Shown: piece by piece, positions 9,413-19,973 of the stretch | How the letters are laid out: the number at the start of each line of letters is the position of its first letter | Numbering within the stretch: position 1 is the first letter of the stretch | Program-made: the position numbers and the translations under genes | The notes under the pieces: model-generated | Databases searched by the model: none | The model's input: only the letters and a program-made list of their open reading frames with translations | Told to the model about the DNA's origin: nothing | Source: Treponema sp. UBA7570 | GTDB taxonomy: Bacteria > Spirochaetota > Spirochaetia > Treponematales > Treponemataceae | Strand: one strand, 5' to 3' | Length of the DNA: 64,000 nt | NCBI RefSeq assembly: GCF_002477955.1 | Contig: NZ_DLLE01000052.1

Positions 9413-12211
9413 TTATTTTTTTGTGTCAGCAGAATAAATTCTCATCCGCGGAAAATTCTCCAGATACGAACTAAAAACAAGATAGTAATCTTCTGCCGTT
9501 GCCTTGTTTACTGCTTCGTATTGATCTAAATATAACTCTGGATTGCCGGATGCAAGACCTTTTTGAATTAAAAATGCCGTTCCTTCATTTGTTGAAGTTT
9601 TTTCGAGTTCATTTATAATCCACAGATTTTCAAGCTTAGCTAAAAAATCATTTTTTTCTAAATCTTTAACCCCTTGTGTGTCAGTATTTATTATTTTTTT
9701 GAGTTCCTGAGAAATTTCTTTTATAGTCTGCTCGTAAATTTTTTCGGTCTGAAGATAGTGCTTGATTTTTGTAATTACGATTTGTGCATAAGGCAAATCC
9801 GAATCTGCTGGAAAAACTTTTACTTCCTGCACAAATTCTTCAAGTTTTTTTTGAAGACTGTCTTTTAAAAAATAGAGAAGCGCGTTAAAAATCGCATTGT
9901 CGGTCGAAGAGATGTCTGGCGCTTCGAGCATAAACAAAAGAGGGTCAGAAAAATCTGTCGTCGGAATTAAAATCGCAGGTCTAGGTCCTGCCTTGTCGGC
10001 GCTTACGTCCGTAAAAAACTGGTGACGGAGCGGAATTCTCTTTATTTTTTTTGGAAGCGGAAGTTTTTTTACCTTTAACTGAATGTTTTGTGTTTGTGAA
10101 AGACTTTTCAGTTCTCCAAAAGTTGAATTTAACGAGGCTTTTAATTCTTTTGTCTGATGAATTCCTCCAGTCAAAATAATCGAAAATCTGGTGCAGTCCA
10201 AAATTTTTGGATATGCGGCTTGAATTTCTGTAAATTCCATCTGGGCCGGTTTGTCTTTTGTGTCTTCGTAAAGAGCGGAAACTGGTTTTTCGTATATTGT
10301 CCGTACGGCTTCGCACAAAAGCTGAAAATCCGCAGAACCTGTTTTTATTCGCCATTGTGCACGCAGATCGTAACTGATTCCGTCTGCAAGGGCCGGACTG
10401 ATGTCGCCAAAAATCGTGCAGTAAGCCATTGTTTCGAGGCAGGTGTTAATGTCTTTTGCTGAGCAGTTCACCGTCAAAACGGAATCCTCTGAATTTGTCC
10501 GGGCATTTACGCTTGCCTGCGAATTTAGTTTTCCGGTTTTGTAAAGTTCGTCCATTTGCCATTGAATCATTGCCGAAAGCGAATTTGTCAGCACAGAAGC
10601 AAGTCCGGCATTTTTTTCTGCAAAAAGCAGTTCTCCTCCGGCAATCGAAAGCATTACGGTCGCTGTATTTTTTGAAGAAGAGCTTTTTATTGTTACTGGA
10701 ATTCCGTTTTTTAAGGTGAATTGGGAGAATTCTTCCCTGCTTTTTTGAATAAATCGTCTGGCAGAAAAGTTAAAATCTTCTTCTGACGGCGATTTTTCTT
10801 TTTTATTTTGCAAATTTTGTCCATTTATAAAATTTTTGTATTGTGGCAAAAGATACCATGCGCCGTTTTTTTGGGTAATTCTTTCGTAACCGTATTTTTT
10901 AAATTCATCCGAATATTTTGTGTAATTTTTTGTATTGCAAAGAATAAAAACGTAAGGTTTTGAATTTTCGTATGATTCGTTGAGTTTTTCGGCAGAAATC
11001 GAATTCAATTTGTCGTTTTTGGAAAAAAAATCTTCCGCCAGACCGCCGCTTGTCCGGTTAAAAATTGCAAGATTTTTCATAAGAAGCGTAGAGTTGTCAG
11101 AAATTTTTGCGAATGAACTGTTTATTTCCCGGAGAACGGATTCTGCTTCTTGAGAGGAAATTCTCTCTTTTTCCCGCGACATTTCTAAAAAAAGTTCTCC
11201 CTGAACCGCAGGTCCAACCTTTGTTTTTTCGCAAATTGCCTGAATTATGAGTTTTTCGCGGCTGTTTTGCGGAACGGACGAAACGTCCATATATTCTGGA
11301 GAGCGGATTGCAAGATTTCTTTGTTTTAAAAGCAATTTTTTAAAAGACGAATTATTTTTGTTAAAAACGGCAGCCATCAATTCTGCTTCTTCTGGAAAAA
11401 AATCCGTGTATTGAAGGACAATCTGCGTCAAATCCGGCGAAAGCTGGTCGTCTGTAATTACAAATTTTTTCTGAATTTTTTGATTTTCCGGAATTTTAAA
11501 TTTTTTTTCTTCGGAAAAATGATTTTGTGAGCGGCGGACTGGCTTTTCAAAATATTTTTTTGCCAGGGAAAGGGCTGTCTTTTCTGTTATGTTGCCGCTT
11601 ATGTAGAGAATTGCGTTTTGCGGACTGTAATATTCATCTTGAATTTGAGTTAAAATTGTGCGCGCTTCGTTTATTGAAAGTGAATTAAAATTTTGTGGGA
11701 AAATTCCGTTTTCGGTTTTCCACGGCTCTTCATAAAGAATTCTGCTGTCGATTGCCTGGTTTATAAATCTTTCTGTTGAAGAACAAAATTCCTTAAGAGA
11801 AAGCTGGGATTTTTTTAGTTCTTCGTTCAGTTTTTTGTCGGAGATAAAATTCGGCTTAAAATATTCTGCAAAGTCAATGAAAATTTTTTCGGTTTGGGCA
11901 GGAGCCGCTGTCTTTTCGATTTTTACACAGTCTGGTGAAATTTCGAGTCCCAAAAGGTTTGCATAAAGCGAAAAAAATCCGGCATTTTGTGGATTTTGTC
12001 TTTTTGTTCCGGCTTTTATGTTCAGTTCGATTCTGACTGTGGCAGTCGCTTCGTCTTCCAAAAAAAAGATTTTAAAACCGTTTTCGAGCGTGAATGTTTT
12101 TATGTCGTTTTGAGAAAATGAAAATAAAAAAACTGCATTCAAAAAAAATAGAATTCCTGCAAATTTTTTTTTTGTTTTGAAAGAATTGCAAAAAATTGAA
12201 GAAAATTTCAT
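9413..12211 (-). CDS. Exported M16 peptidase (insulinase)-like protein, apparently catalytically inactive
   Basis: Two M16-like lobes starting FTLENGFKI and FTLKNGIPV; the HxxEH position reads AGFFSLYAN; signal-peptide-like N-terminus. Confidence 0.7.
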   Translation of the reverse strand: MKFSSIFCNSFKTKKKFAGILFFLNAVFLFSFSQNDIKTFTLENGFKIFFLEDEATATVRIELNIKAGTKRQNPQNAGFFSLYANLLGLEISPDCVKIEKTAAPAQTEKIFIDFAEYFKPNFISDKKLNEELKKSQLSLKEFCSSTERFINQAIDSRILYEEPWKTENGIFPQNFNSLSINEARTILTQIQDEYYSPQNAILYISGNITEKTALSLAKKYFEKPVRRSQNHFSEEKKFKIPENQKIQKKFVITDDQLSPDLTQIVLQYTDFFPEEAELMAAVFNKNNSSFKKLLLKQRNLAIRSPEYMDVSSVPQNSREKLIIQAICEKTKVGPAVQGELFLEMSREKERISSQEAESVLREINSSFAKISDNSTLLMKNLAIFNRTSGGLAEDFFSKNDKLNSISAEKLNESYENSKPYVFILCNTKNYTKYSDEFKKYGYERITQKNGAWYLLPQYKNFINGQNLQNKKEKSPSEEDFNFSARRFIQKSREEFSQFTLKNGIPVTIKSSSSKNTATVMLSIAGGELLFAEKNAGLASVLTNSLSAMIQWQMDELYKTGKLNSQASVNARTNSEDSVLTVNCSAKDINTCLETMAYCTIFGDISPALADGISYDLRAQWRIKTGSADFQLLCEAVRTIYEKPVSALYEDTKDKPAQMEFTEIQAAYPKILDCTRFSIILTGGIHQTKELKASLNSTFGELKSLSQTQNIQLKVKKLPLPKKIKRIPLRHQFFTDVSADKAGPRPAILIPTTDFSDPLLFMLEAPDISSTDNAIFNALLYFLKDSLQKKLEEFVQEVKVFPADSDLPYAQIVITKIKHYLQTEKIYEQTIKEISQELKKIINTDTQGVKDLEKNDFLAKLENLWIINELEKTSTNEGTAFLIQKGLASGNPELYLDQYEAVNKATAEDYYLVFSSYLENFPRMRIYSADTKK

Positions 12212-12350
12212 AGCTCAATTATAGAAGATTTAGCCGAACAGTTCTATTTTTTTGATATTTTCTGTAGAATAAAAAAGTTAAAATTCATCGAATTTCTAAA
12301 AACTGCGGTTTTTAGAAGCATTTTATTGCGGAGAAGAGGATGACGGAAAA

Positions 12351-14525
12351 ATGCCGGTAATTACATTAAAAGAAAAAAAAACAGAAACAAAAATTCCTGA
12401 AAATCTTGCTGAAATTTTAAAGTCGAAAAGACATTTGACTGAGCAGGAAATTGCAGTTTTAAAAGCAAACGGAAATACAAACAGCGACAGTTTGTGGCAG
12501 AATGTTTTTGTTTCCGCAAGGGACGGAGAGTTTGACGCGGGCTTAATCCGTTCTTCAGAAATCCATGGTTTTTTAATTTTGGGCAGGCTTGTTCCTTCAA
12601 CCTTGAAATTTCACGATCTCGTTCTCGAAACTGGAATTTACAGTTCTTATGTGGAAAATGTTGTTTTGGAGGATGATGTTGCAATAAGAAATGTTGCCTA
12701 TCTTTTAAATTACAGAATCGGTACGCGCTCTATTATTTTTAACGTGCAGGAAATGAGCTGCACAAACCATTCAAAATTCGGCAATGGAATTTTAAAAAAC
12801 GGCGAATCTGAAAAAGTCCGCGTATGGATTGGAGTTGGAAACGAAAATGACGGAAGGGCGGTCTTGCCTTTTGAAGGCATGATTCCTGCCGACGCCTACA
12901 TTTGGAGCCGCTATAGAGAAGATTCTGAATTGCAGAAGCGTTTTGTTGAACTTACCGAGTATGGCCAGTCAAAAGAGCTCGACTCTTTTGGAATTGTTGA
13001 AAATGATGCCGTAATAAAAAATTCGACTTTGATAAAAGACGCAAAAATCGGCGCGCATTGCTATATAAAAGGCGCGCTCAAGTTAAAAAACATTACTGTT
13101 CTTTCGAGCGAAGATGAGCCGAGCCAGATTGGTGAAGGCGTTGAGCTTGTAAACGGAATTCTGGGATTTGGTTCAAAAGTATTTTATCAGGCGGTTGCCG
13201 TAAGGTTTATAATCGGCAGAAACTGTCAGTTAAAATACGGAGCAAGGCTTTTGAATTCTGTTTTGGGCGATAATTCTACCGTAAGTTGCTGCGAAATTTT
13301 AAACAATTTGATTTTTCCATTTCATGAGCAGCATCATAATTCTTCGTTTCTTATTGCTTCTACAATTTGCGGTCAGTCGAACATTGCTTCTGGAGCTACA
13401 ATCGGCTCAAACCACAATTCTCGCTCTCCTGACGGCGAAATGTTTGCAGGAAGAGGTTTTTGGCCGGGACTTTGTTCTGATTTTAAGCATAATTCCCGTT
13501 TTGCAAGCTTTACTCTTGTTTCAAAGGGAAGTTATCAGAACGAACTGAACATAAAATATCCTTTTTCTCTTGTTGCATCGAACGGCAACCAAAAATGTAT
13601 AACGATTATTCCTGCATACTGGTTTTTGTACAATATGTATGCAATTTCTCGCAACAAGTCAAAATTCTTTAAGCGCGACAAACGTTTTGTAAAAGTTCAG
13701 CACATCGAAACAGATCCTCTTGCGCCGGATTCAATTCAGGAAGTTGTATCTGCGCTCAGCCGGATAATTGAGCTGACTGGAGAATATCTTGTAAAAAAAG
13801 GTTTGGAAAAAGCCGTAAGCGCAAAATCGCCGGAAGAGCTTTATAATGTTACAAAAGATTTTCTCCATCAAAATTCTGGCGTTGAAGTTACATTGTGCGA
13901 CCCTGAAGCTCAAAAAAAATACGGAGCGGAAATTCACAAGCCGATTCGCGCATATAAAATGTACCGAAAAATCGTCAAGTATTTTGCTTGTTCTGTTCTT
14001 GTTGACTACTGCACGCTTTACAATACTCAGATTGATCGCGAAGAATTAAAAGTTATTACGACTCAGTTTCCGCTTTATACGCAATGGCTCAATGTTGGAG
14101 GCCAGATAATTCCTCAGAAAAAAATTGAAGAGCTTTTTGAAAATATAAAATCTCACAAAATTGAAAACTGGCGGCAAGTTCACGATTTTTACGACAAATG
14201 CGAAAAAGAATATCTGATTTACCGGACAAACTATGCAATTTACCTTTTGGAAAGGCTTTATTCGATGAAAGTGCGGAACTTTACTCCAGAAATTTTCAAC
14301 GATATTATCAGCGATGTTGTTTTGGTGAGCAACGAAATGATGAATGCGGCACATTCGTCCCGCGAGAAAGACTTTACCGATGAATTTAGAAAAATTACTT
14401 TCCGCAATGACGAGGAAATGTCGGCAGTTCTTGGAAAAATTGAAGACAATGAATTTTTGACAGAAATGAAAGAGAAAACTCAAAGATTTAATGAAGCCTT
14501 GCTTAATCTCTTTAATATAGATTAA
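12351..14525 (+). CDS. DUF4954-like protein with left-handed beta-helix (hexapeptide) region
   Basis: FGNGILK...VGNENDGRAV and FHEQHHNSSFLIA...GATIGSNHNSR; 724 aa with RBS GAGGA. Confidence 0.75.
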   Translation: MPVITLKEKKTETKIPENLAEILKSKRHLTEQEIAVLKANGNTNSDSLWQNVFVSARDGEFDAGLIRSSEIHGFLILGRLVPSTLKFHDLVLETGIYSSYVENVVLEDDVAIRNVAYLLNYRIGTRSIIFNVQEMSCTNHSKFGNGILKNGESEKVRVWIGVGNENDGRAVLPFEGMIPADAYIWSRYREDSELQKRFVELTEYGQSKELDSFGIVENDAVIKNSTLIKDAKIGAHCYIKGALKLKNITVLSSEDEPSQIGEGVELVNGILGFGSKVFYQAVAVRFIIGRNCQLKYGARLLNSVLGDNSTVSCCEILNNLIFPFHEQHHNSSFLIASTICGQSNIASGATIGSNHNSRSPDGEMFAGRGFWPGLCSDFKHNSRFASFTLVSKGSYQNELNIKYPFSLVASNGNQKCITIIPAYWFLYNMYAISRNKSKFFKRDKRFVKVQHIETDPLAPDSIQEVVSALSRIIELTGEYLVKKGLEKAVSAKSPEELYNVTKDFLHQNSGVEVTLCDPEAQKKYGAEIHKPIRAYKMYRKIVKYFACSVLVDYCTLYNTQIDREELKVITTQFPLYTQWLNVGGQIIPQKKIEELFENIKSHKIENWRQVHDFYDKCEKEYLIYRTNYAIYLLERLYSMKVRNFTPEIFNDIISDVVLVSNEMMNAAHSSREKDFTDEFRKITFRNDEEMSAVLGKIEDNEFLTEMKEKTQRFNEALLNLFNID

Positions 14526-14563
14526 GTCTTGCAATTTTTTTTGTAAAACTGCATAATAAAAAT

Positions 14564-14617
14564 ATGAATTCTTTATCACTACTTCTACAGCTAGAAACTT
14601 TTCTCGTTAGGGCCTAA
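14564..14617 (+). CDS. leuA leader peptide MNSLSLLLQLETFLVRA
   Basis: 17 codons with 6 Leu (TTA, CTA, CTT, CTA, CTA, CTC), upstream of a terminator hairpin and leuA. Confidence 0.85.
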   Translation: MNSLSLLLQLETFLVRA

Positions 14618-14655
14618 GCAAATCGGGTAGTGTAGAATATTATTTTTGCATTTAG

Positions 14656-14690
14656 AAGACCTGGTGCTTTAGGCGCCGGGTCTTTTTTTT
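14656..14690 (+). terminator. leuA attenuator terminator
   Basis: AAGACCTGGTGCT-TTA-GGCGCCGGGTCTT followed by a T-run, between the leader peptide and leuA. Confidence 0.85.
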
Positions 14691-14726
14691 ATCCAATGAA
14701 TATTTTTGCGGATTATAGGGGGAAAA

Positions 14727-16397
14727 ATGAACGCATCAAAGTACAGACCGGTTATTCAGCCGGCATTGAAGAACAGAAAGTGGCCGGATCAGCGCATTAC
14801 AAAAGCACCTGTTTGGTGTTCAGTTGATTTGCGCGATGGAAATCAGGCTTTAATCGACCCGATGGGAGTTGAGACAAAACTGGCGTATTTTGACCTTCTT
14901 GTAAAAATCGGCTTTAAGGAAATTGAAATTTGTTTTCCGTCTGCGAGCGATACTGAATTTGAATTCTGTCGCCGTCTTATCGAAGAAAATCATATTCCTG
15001 ACGATGTTTCGATTCAGGTTTTGTGCCAGGCCCGTGAGCATTTAATCCGCCGCACAATGGAAGCAATTAAAGGTGCGCCGAATGTTATCTTCCATATTTA
15101 TAATTCGACATCTCCGGCTCAGCGCAAATATACTTTTAATAAATCAAAAGAAGAAATCATAAAAATTGCTGTTGACGGTGTAAAGTGCATAAAAGAATGC
15201 ATGAAAGATTTACCGGAGGAAGAGCGAAATAAAATTCGCCTTGAATATTCTCCAGAAAGTTTTTCAATGACAGAACTTGACTATGCAGTTGAAATCTGCG
15301 AAGCCGTAAAAAAAGAATGGGGAACAAGTCCTGACAAAAAAATCATCTTTAATCTGCCGACTACAGTTGAGTGCTATACCGCGAATGTTTATGCAGATTC
15401 AATTGAATACTTTGCTGAGCATATTTCTGACCGCGAAAATGTTGTAATTTCGACACACTGCCACAATGACCGCGGAACAGGAGTTGCTTCGTGCGAGCTT
15501 GCCCTTATGGCTGGTGCTGACCGTGTTGAAGGTTGTCTTTTTGGAAACGGTGAACGTACTGGAAACCTTGACATTGTGACTGTCGCCCTCAATATGTTTG
15601 CAGAAGGCGTTGATCCTAAGCTTGATTTTTCTGATTTGCCTGAAATTGCGGATTCTTATCAGGAATTTACAAAAATGGATATTCCTCCCCGTACTCCTTA
15701 TGCCGGCGGTCTTGCATACACGGCGCTTTCTGGCGGACATCAGGATGCTATTGCAAAAGGACTTTCTGCCCGCGATAAAATGCCAAAAGACGCAGTTTGG
15801 GATGTTCCGTATCTTCTTATTGATCCGAAAGATATTGGCCGCAAATACGAAGGTATTATCAGAATCAATTCTCAGTCCGGAAAGGGAGGCGCAAGTTTTA
15901 TTCTGGAGCACAATTTTGGCTATGCTGTTCCAAAGGCAATGCAGCCGGCAGTTGGAAATTTGATAAAGGCGGAAAGCGACAAAGCTCAGCGTGAGCTTAA
16001 GCCTGAAGAAATTTTGCGCTTTTTTGAGAAGCAGTGGCTTGAGAATAAATCTCGTCTCGAAATTATTGATCTTGCAACGACAATGATTGGAAGCTCTGGT
16101 TCGGAAGAAGTTGTTTCTGTCCGTGGCGTAATAAAATGCAATGGAGAACAAGTTTCTATAGGTGCAAAAGGAAACGGGCCTCTCGATGCCTTTGTTGCCG
16201 CCCTCCGTGAAACAAAAATTCCTAACTTTAATATTGCTGCTTTCCACGAACATTCTGTTGGCGAAGGTTCTGATACTTCGGCTATTGCTTATGTTCAGAT
16301 TATGGAAGAAAACGGAAAACAAGTTTGGGGTGTAGGAAAATCAAGCAACGTTGGAAGAGCGGGAATTGCGGCTGTTGTTTCTGCCTTAAACCAATAG
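14727..16397 (+). CDS. leuA: 2-isopropylmalate synthase (yeast/actinobacterial-like LeuA type)
   Basis: WCSVDLRDGNQAL, HCHNDRGTG, GNGERTGN, IRINSQSGKGG, regulatory-domain GNGPLDA; Leu attenuator upstream. Confidence 0.95.
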   Translation: MNASKYRPVIQPALKNRKWPDQRITKAPVWCSVDLRDGNQALIDPMGVETKLAYFDLLVKIGFKEIEICFPSASDTEFEFCRRLIEENHIPDDVSIQVLCQAREHLIRRTMEAIKGAPNVIFHIYNSTSPAQRKYTFNKSKEEIIKIAVDGVKCIKECMKDLPEEERNKIRLEYSPESFSMTELDYAVEICEAVKKEWGTSPDKKIIFNLPTTVECYTANVYADSIEYFAEHISDRENVVISTHCHNDRGTGVASCELALMAGADRVEGCLFGNGERTGNLDIVTVALNMFAEGVDPKLDFSDLPEIADSYQEFTKMDIPPRTPYAGGLAYTALSGGHQDAIAKGLSARDKMPKDAVWDVPYLLIDPKDIGRKYEGIIRINSQSGKGGASFILEHNFGYAVPKAMQPAVGNLIKAESDKAQRELKPEEILRFFEKQWLENKSRLEIIDLATTMIGSSGSEEVVSVRGVIKCNGEQVSIGAKGNGPLDAFVAALRETKIPNFNIAAFHEHSVGEGSDTSAIAYVQIMEENGKQVWGVGKSSNVGRAGIAAVVSALNQ

Positions 16398-16494
16398 CTT
16401 ACGCCGGATGCGAAAGGCTTTAGTTGCCGCGGCAAAACGATGAAACGTTCTGCCGCGGCAATGAGCGTGAGCGAACCTGTAGCAGCCGGTTTTT
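16398..16494 (+). repeat. Intergenic repeat family A, copy 2
   Basis: CTTACGCCGGATGC...TTGCCGCGGCA-N16-TGCCGCGGCAA...AGCAGCCGGTTTTT, beginning right after the leuA stop. Confidence 0.8.
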
Positions 16495-16586
16495 GAGAAA
16501 AATGTCTGGCAAAACGCCGGATATTTTTTTTAAGAAATGTGTCGTCCTGCAAAAAATTAAAACTTTTTTGATATATCAACTTTTTT

Positions 16587-16615
16587 TTGACACTTGCATA
16601 GCATTTAGATAAAAT
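16587..16615 (+). promoter_or_regulatory. Sigma70 promoter of the MCP gene
   Basis: TTGACA-N17-TAAAAT. Confidence 0.65.
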
Positions 16616-16633
16616 CGTAACAAAGGTATATAA

Positions 16634-18673
16634 ATGAAAATTCGTATTCGCTCAATTTTTTTTAAGTTGGTTTGTCCTGTTATTCTTGTTTTGACTATTT
16701 CGGCAATGATGCTTGTTTTTGGACTCACAAAAATAGTTTCGTCAAGGCTTCTTCAGAATATGCAGGCAAGTGTTGCCAGCGACAGGTTTATTGTCGAAGA
16801 CCTTATAAATGAAGAGCTGGTTTATGGCGACAGCGTTGCAGATTTTGCTTCTAGTTTTTTTTCTGGAATTCTTGCGAATAATGCGGCGGATGCTGTCAGT
16901 GAAGTTTCAAAAATGGCTTTTGAGTCGCTTGATTTGGAATTTATAGCCATTTTTGATACTGACGGAAATCTGATTTCGCCTCCGGAATATGCTCAGGGCG
17001 CGGTTGTAAATGACGATGTTCATGCTGCGTTGGAAGGAAATGCTGTTTCTAACTTGAAAATGATTTCTGGCTCGCTTTTGACAACTGATTCTTGCCGTCC
17101 GATTTATGTTAACGGTGAAGTTGTCGCTGCTGTAGAAATTACAACTAATTTGAGTGATTCTGAATTTTTGGATCGTATGCCTGAAAAAGTTGGCTGCGAT
17201 GTTGCGGTTATCTACAAAAATAAGGTTGTCGCGTCTACGCTAAAAACTCTTGTCGGACAAAATGTTCCTGCCGACGTTCTTTCCGATATGGAAGATGATG
17301 ATACTTGGGTTGGAGAATACAATATAGATTCTACGGCTTATGTTGCGCACTGCTGGGAATTTTCCGAACTTGATGATTGTAAGCTTCTTGTTGCTCAGAA
17401 AGCTACAGGAATTTATAAATCTATCAGCGGCATAAAAAGAATCGTCCTTGCTGCGAATATCATAAACACAGTTGTTGTTATGGTTGTAACTTTGATTCTT
17501 ATCTGGATTTTCGTTTACAAACCGTTAAAAAGGACAAATAAAGCGATTATTGATCTTTCGAGCGGAGAAGCTGATCTTTCTGTTCGTCTTCCAGAACGTG
17601 GTGGCGATGAATTTGAAGATTTGTCTTCTGGTGTAAACAAATTTATGGCTTTGCTTCAGCAGCTGATGAAGGATTTGCATTTGCGTGCTGCCGATATTAA
17701 GGCGGTTATTCAGGAACTTGGTACAAGTTCTCAGGAAACTGCAAGCGCCACTGCCGAAATTATGGCAAATATTGAATCTGTAAAAAATCAGTCTTCAAAT
17801 CAGGTAAACGCTGTTCAAAATGTTTCAGGTGTTATCGAAAATTCAAGCAATTCTATGAATAAACTTAAGGAAAACATTGTTGCTCAGACTTCTGATATTA
17901 CAGAATCTTCTGCCGCAATTGAACAGATGATTGGAAATATTCATTCTGTAACTGATTCTACCGAAAAAATGTCTTCTTCGTTCTCAGATCTTGAAAGACT
18001 TATTAAAGAAGGTGCAGAAAATGTTAAGGCATGTTCTGATGTTATTAAGCAGGTTGAAGAAAAATCTCTTGTTCTTGCCGATGCAAATAACACAATCAAG
18101 TCAATTTCTTCCCAGACAAACCTCCTTGCAATGAATGCGATGATTGAATCTGCTCACGCTGGAGAAGCTGGAAAAGGATTTGCAGTTGTTGCGGACGAAA
18201 TTCGAAAGCTCGCAGAAAATTCTAGCGCGCAGGCAAAGGCCATTGAAGAAAATATCAAAGATATAACAGATTTGATTAGTGAAGGCGGACGTCTTTCTGA
18301 CCTTTCTCAGTCAAGTTTTGAAAATATCGACAATCAGGTAAATGTCGTTGATCCTCTCGTTTCTCAGATTTCAAATGCTATGGAAGAGCAGACAAGCGGT
18401 TCTTCTCAGATTTTGGAGGCGCTTGGAAATATGAAGGATGAATCTGTTCTTGTTGATGACAGTTCAAAATTGCTTTCTGACGGTTTTGTAAAAATTAACA
18501 ATGATATGGAATCCGTAACTCAGATTTCTTCAACTGTTATGGGAAGTATGGACGAAATGGCTGCCGGTTCAAAACAAATTAGCCAGGCAACTCAGATTGT
18601 AAGCGAACTTGCTTTAAAAACAAAAGATGCAATGTCTGCAATTGACGAAATGCTTCTCAAATTTAAAGTTTAA
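16634..18673 (+). CDS. Methyl-accepting chemotaxis protein (2 TM, periplasmic Cache-like sensor, HAMP)
   Basis: [38 protein letters not shown] hairpin tip; HAMP DLSVRLP...DEF. Confidence 0.96.
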   Translation: MKIRIRSIFFKLVCPVILVLTISAMMLVFGLTKIVSSRLLQNMQASVASDRFIVEDLINEELVYGDSVADFASSFFSGILANNAADAVSEVSKMAFESLDLEFIAIFDTDGNLISPPEYAQGAVVNDDVHAALEGNAVSNLKMISGSLLTTDSCRPIYVNGEVVAAVEITTNLSDSEFLDRMPEKVGCDVAVIYKNKVVASTLKTLVGQNVPADVLSDMEDDDTWVGEYNIDSTAYVAHCWEFSELDDCKLLVAQKATGIYKSISGIKRIVLAANIINTVVVMVVTLILIWIFVYKPLKRTNKAIIDLSSGEADLSVRLPERGGDEFEDLSSGVNKFMALLQQLMKDLHLRAADIKAVIQELGTSSQETASATAEIMANIESVKNQSSNQVNAVQNVSGVIENSSNSMNKLKENIVAQTSDITESSAAIEQMIGNIHSVTDSTEKMSSSFSDLERLIKEGAENVKACSDVIKQVEEKSLVLADANNTIKSISSQTNLLAMNAMIESAHAGEAGKGFAVVADEIRKLAENSSAQAKAIEENIKDITDLISEGGRLSDLSQSSFENIDNQVNVVDPLVSQISNAMEEQTSGSSQILEALGNMKDESVLVDDSSKLLSDGFVKINNDMESVTQISSTVMGSMDEMAAGSKQISQATQIVSELALKTKDAMSAIDEMLLKFKV

Positions 18674-18678
18674 TCGTT

Positions 18679-19971
18679 ATGAATTTTTATTCAAGCTTAA
18701 AAAAAACAAAAAAAGCAGTGGAAAAATTTTTCAAATTTTCTCCACTGTTTTTGACTTCCTTTTTTATCTTATCCTGTGCTTCAAAATCGGAAAAGCAAAG
18801 ATTGCGCGAAATTGCAGTTCAAAATTCAAAAAAAACTGCAATTGAACAGTTTGTAAACAAGTTGCCAGAAAGCGAAAGAATTTCTCAGCTTTTTTTGGTC
18901 AATATAGAAGGAAACAAAAATTATATTCCTGTTGAAAAAACAGGTTCGCTTTATGGCAAAAAAAACGAAGGCGAACCTCTCCTTCCTGGCGGCTGTCTTT
19001 TTTTTAGCTACAATATTGCGGATTCGAAAGAGCAGGTTCGTTCGTTTATAAACTCTATAAATTCATTTTATTCAAAAAATAACAACGTTCTTCCGTTTAT
19101 TGCGGTTGATCAGGAAGGCGGTTCAGTCAACCGTCTCCGAAAAATTACCGGAAATTTTCCTTCAGAAAAATATATTTCTCAAAATTTCGATGAAGCAAAA
19201 GCCCGGGAAATTTATGAAAATCAGGCTAGCCAAATGGCCGAACTCGGTTTTAATATGAACCTTGCGCCTGTTGTTGAAGTTGAAACTTTGGAAAATTCCG
19301 ATTTTTTGGATACGCGCTCTTTTGGTTCTCTTGAAAAAGTTCTTTTTTATGCGCCTTTGGAGATAAATGCCTTTGAAAATCAAAAAATTGCGACAGTTTT
19401 AAAGCATTTTCCAGGAAATTCAAATACCGATCCGCATACAGGTCTTCCTGAAATAAAAATTTCTTCAGAAGAGCTTAAAAACGAACTCCTTGAACCGTTT
19501 AAAAAACTTCTTCCTTTGTCTTCATCTGTCCTTATGAGCCATGCCAGAGTTACCGTTGAGGATGACTTTTCTTATTGCGATTCTTCAATTCCTGCCTGTC
19601 TTTCTGAATTTTGGGTAACAAAAGTTTTGAGGGAAGATTTTGGGTTTGAAGGTCTTGTTTTGAGCGATGATATTTTTATGGGCGCTTTGGCGGACAATGG
19701 TTTTTTGAGCGAAGATGCAGCGGTTAGGGCGATTGAGGCCGGTGTTAATATAATTATGCTGAGCGAAAAACGTTTTGGTTCTGTTGCAAAAATTTTACTC
19801 AAAAAAGCATCTGAATCTCAAGAGTTTAATCAAAAAATTCAAAAAAGCGTTCAAAAAATAATCGAATATAAAATTAAGGGCGGACTTTTGGAACTTAGGC
19901 AGTTTGATTTTGATTCAGACGGCAAAAAACTGAAAATTCCAGCTTTTAAAGTCGTTGCCGCGGATTTTTAA
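18679..19971 (+). CDS. GH3 beta-N-acetylhexosaminidase (NagZ-like), probable lipoprotein
   Basis: AVDQEGGSVNRL, NLAPVVE, KHFPG..DPH, LSDDIFMGA; lipobox FILSC. Confidence 0.85.
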   Translation: MNFYSSLKKTKKAVEKFFKFSPLFLTSFFILSCASKSEKQRLREIAVQNSKKTAIEQFVNKLPESERISQLFLVNIEGNKNYIPVEKTGSLYGKKNEGEPLLPGGCLFFSYNIADSKEQVRSFINSINSFYSKNNNVLPFIAVDQEGGSVNRLRKITGNFPSEKYISQNFDEAKAREIYENQASQMAELGFNMNLAPVVEVETLENSDFLDTRSFGSLEKVLFYAPLEINAFENQKIATVLKHFPGNSNTDPHTGLPEIKISSEELKNELLEPFKKLLPLSSSVLMSHARVTVEDDFSYCDSSIPACLSEFWVTKVLREDFGFEGLVLSDDIFMGALADNGFLSEDAAVRAIEAGVNIIMLSEKRFGSVAKILLKKASESQEFNQKIQKSVQKIIEYKIKGGLLELRQFDFDSDGKKLKIPAFKVVAADF

Positions 19972-19973
19972 GA

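Noticed and set aside
15399..16322. 307-aa antisense ORF within leuA, and the many other short overlapping ORFs in the track
   Set aside because: These are shadow ORFs opposite or overlapping well-supported genes, with no recognisable motifs or RBS.
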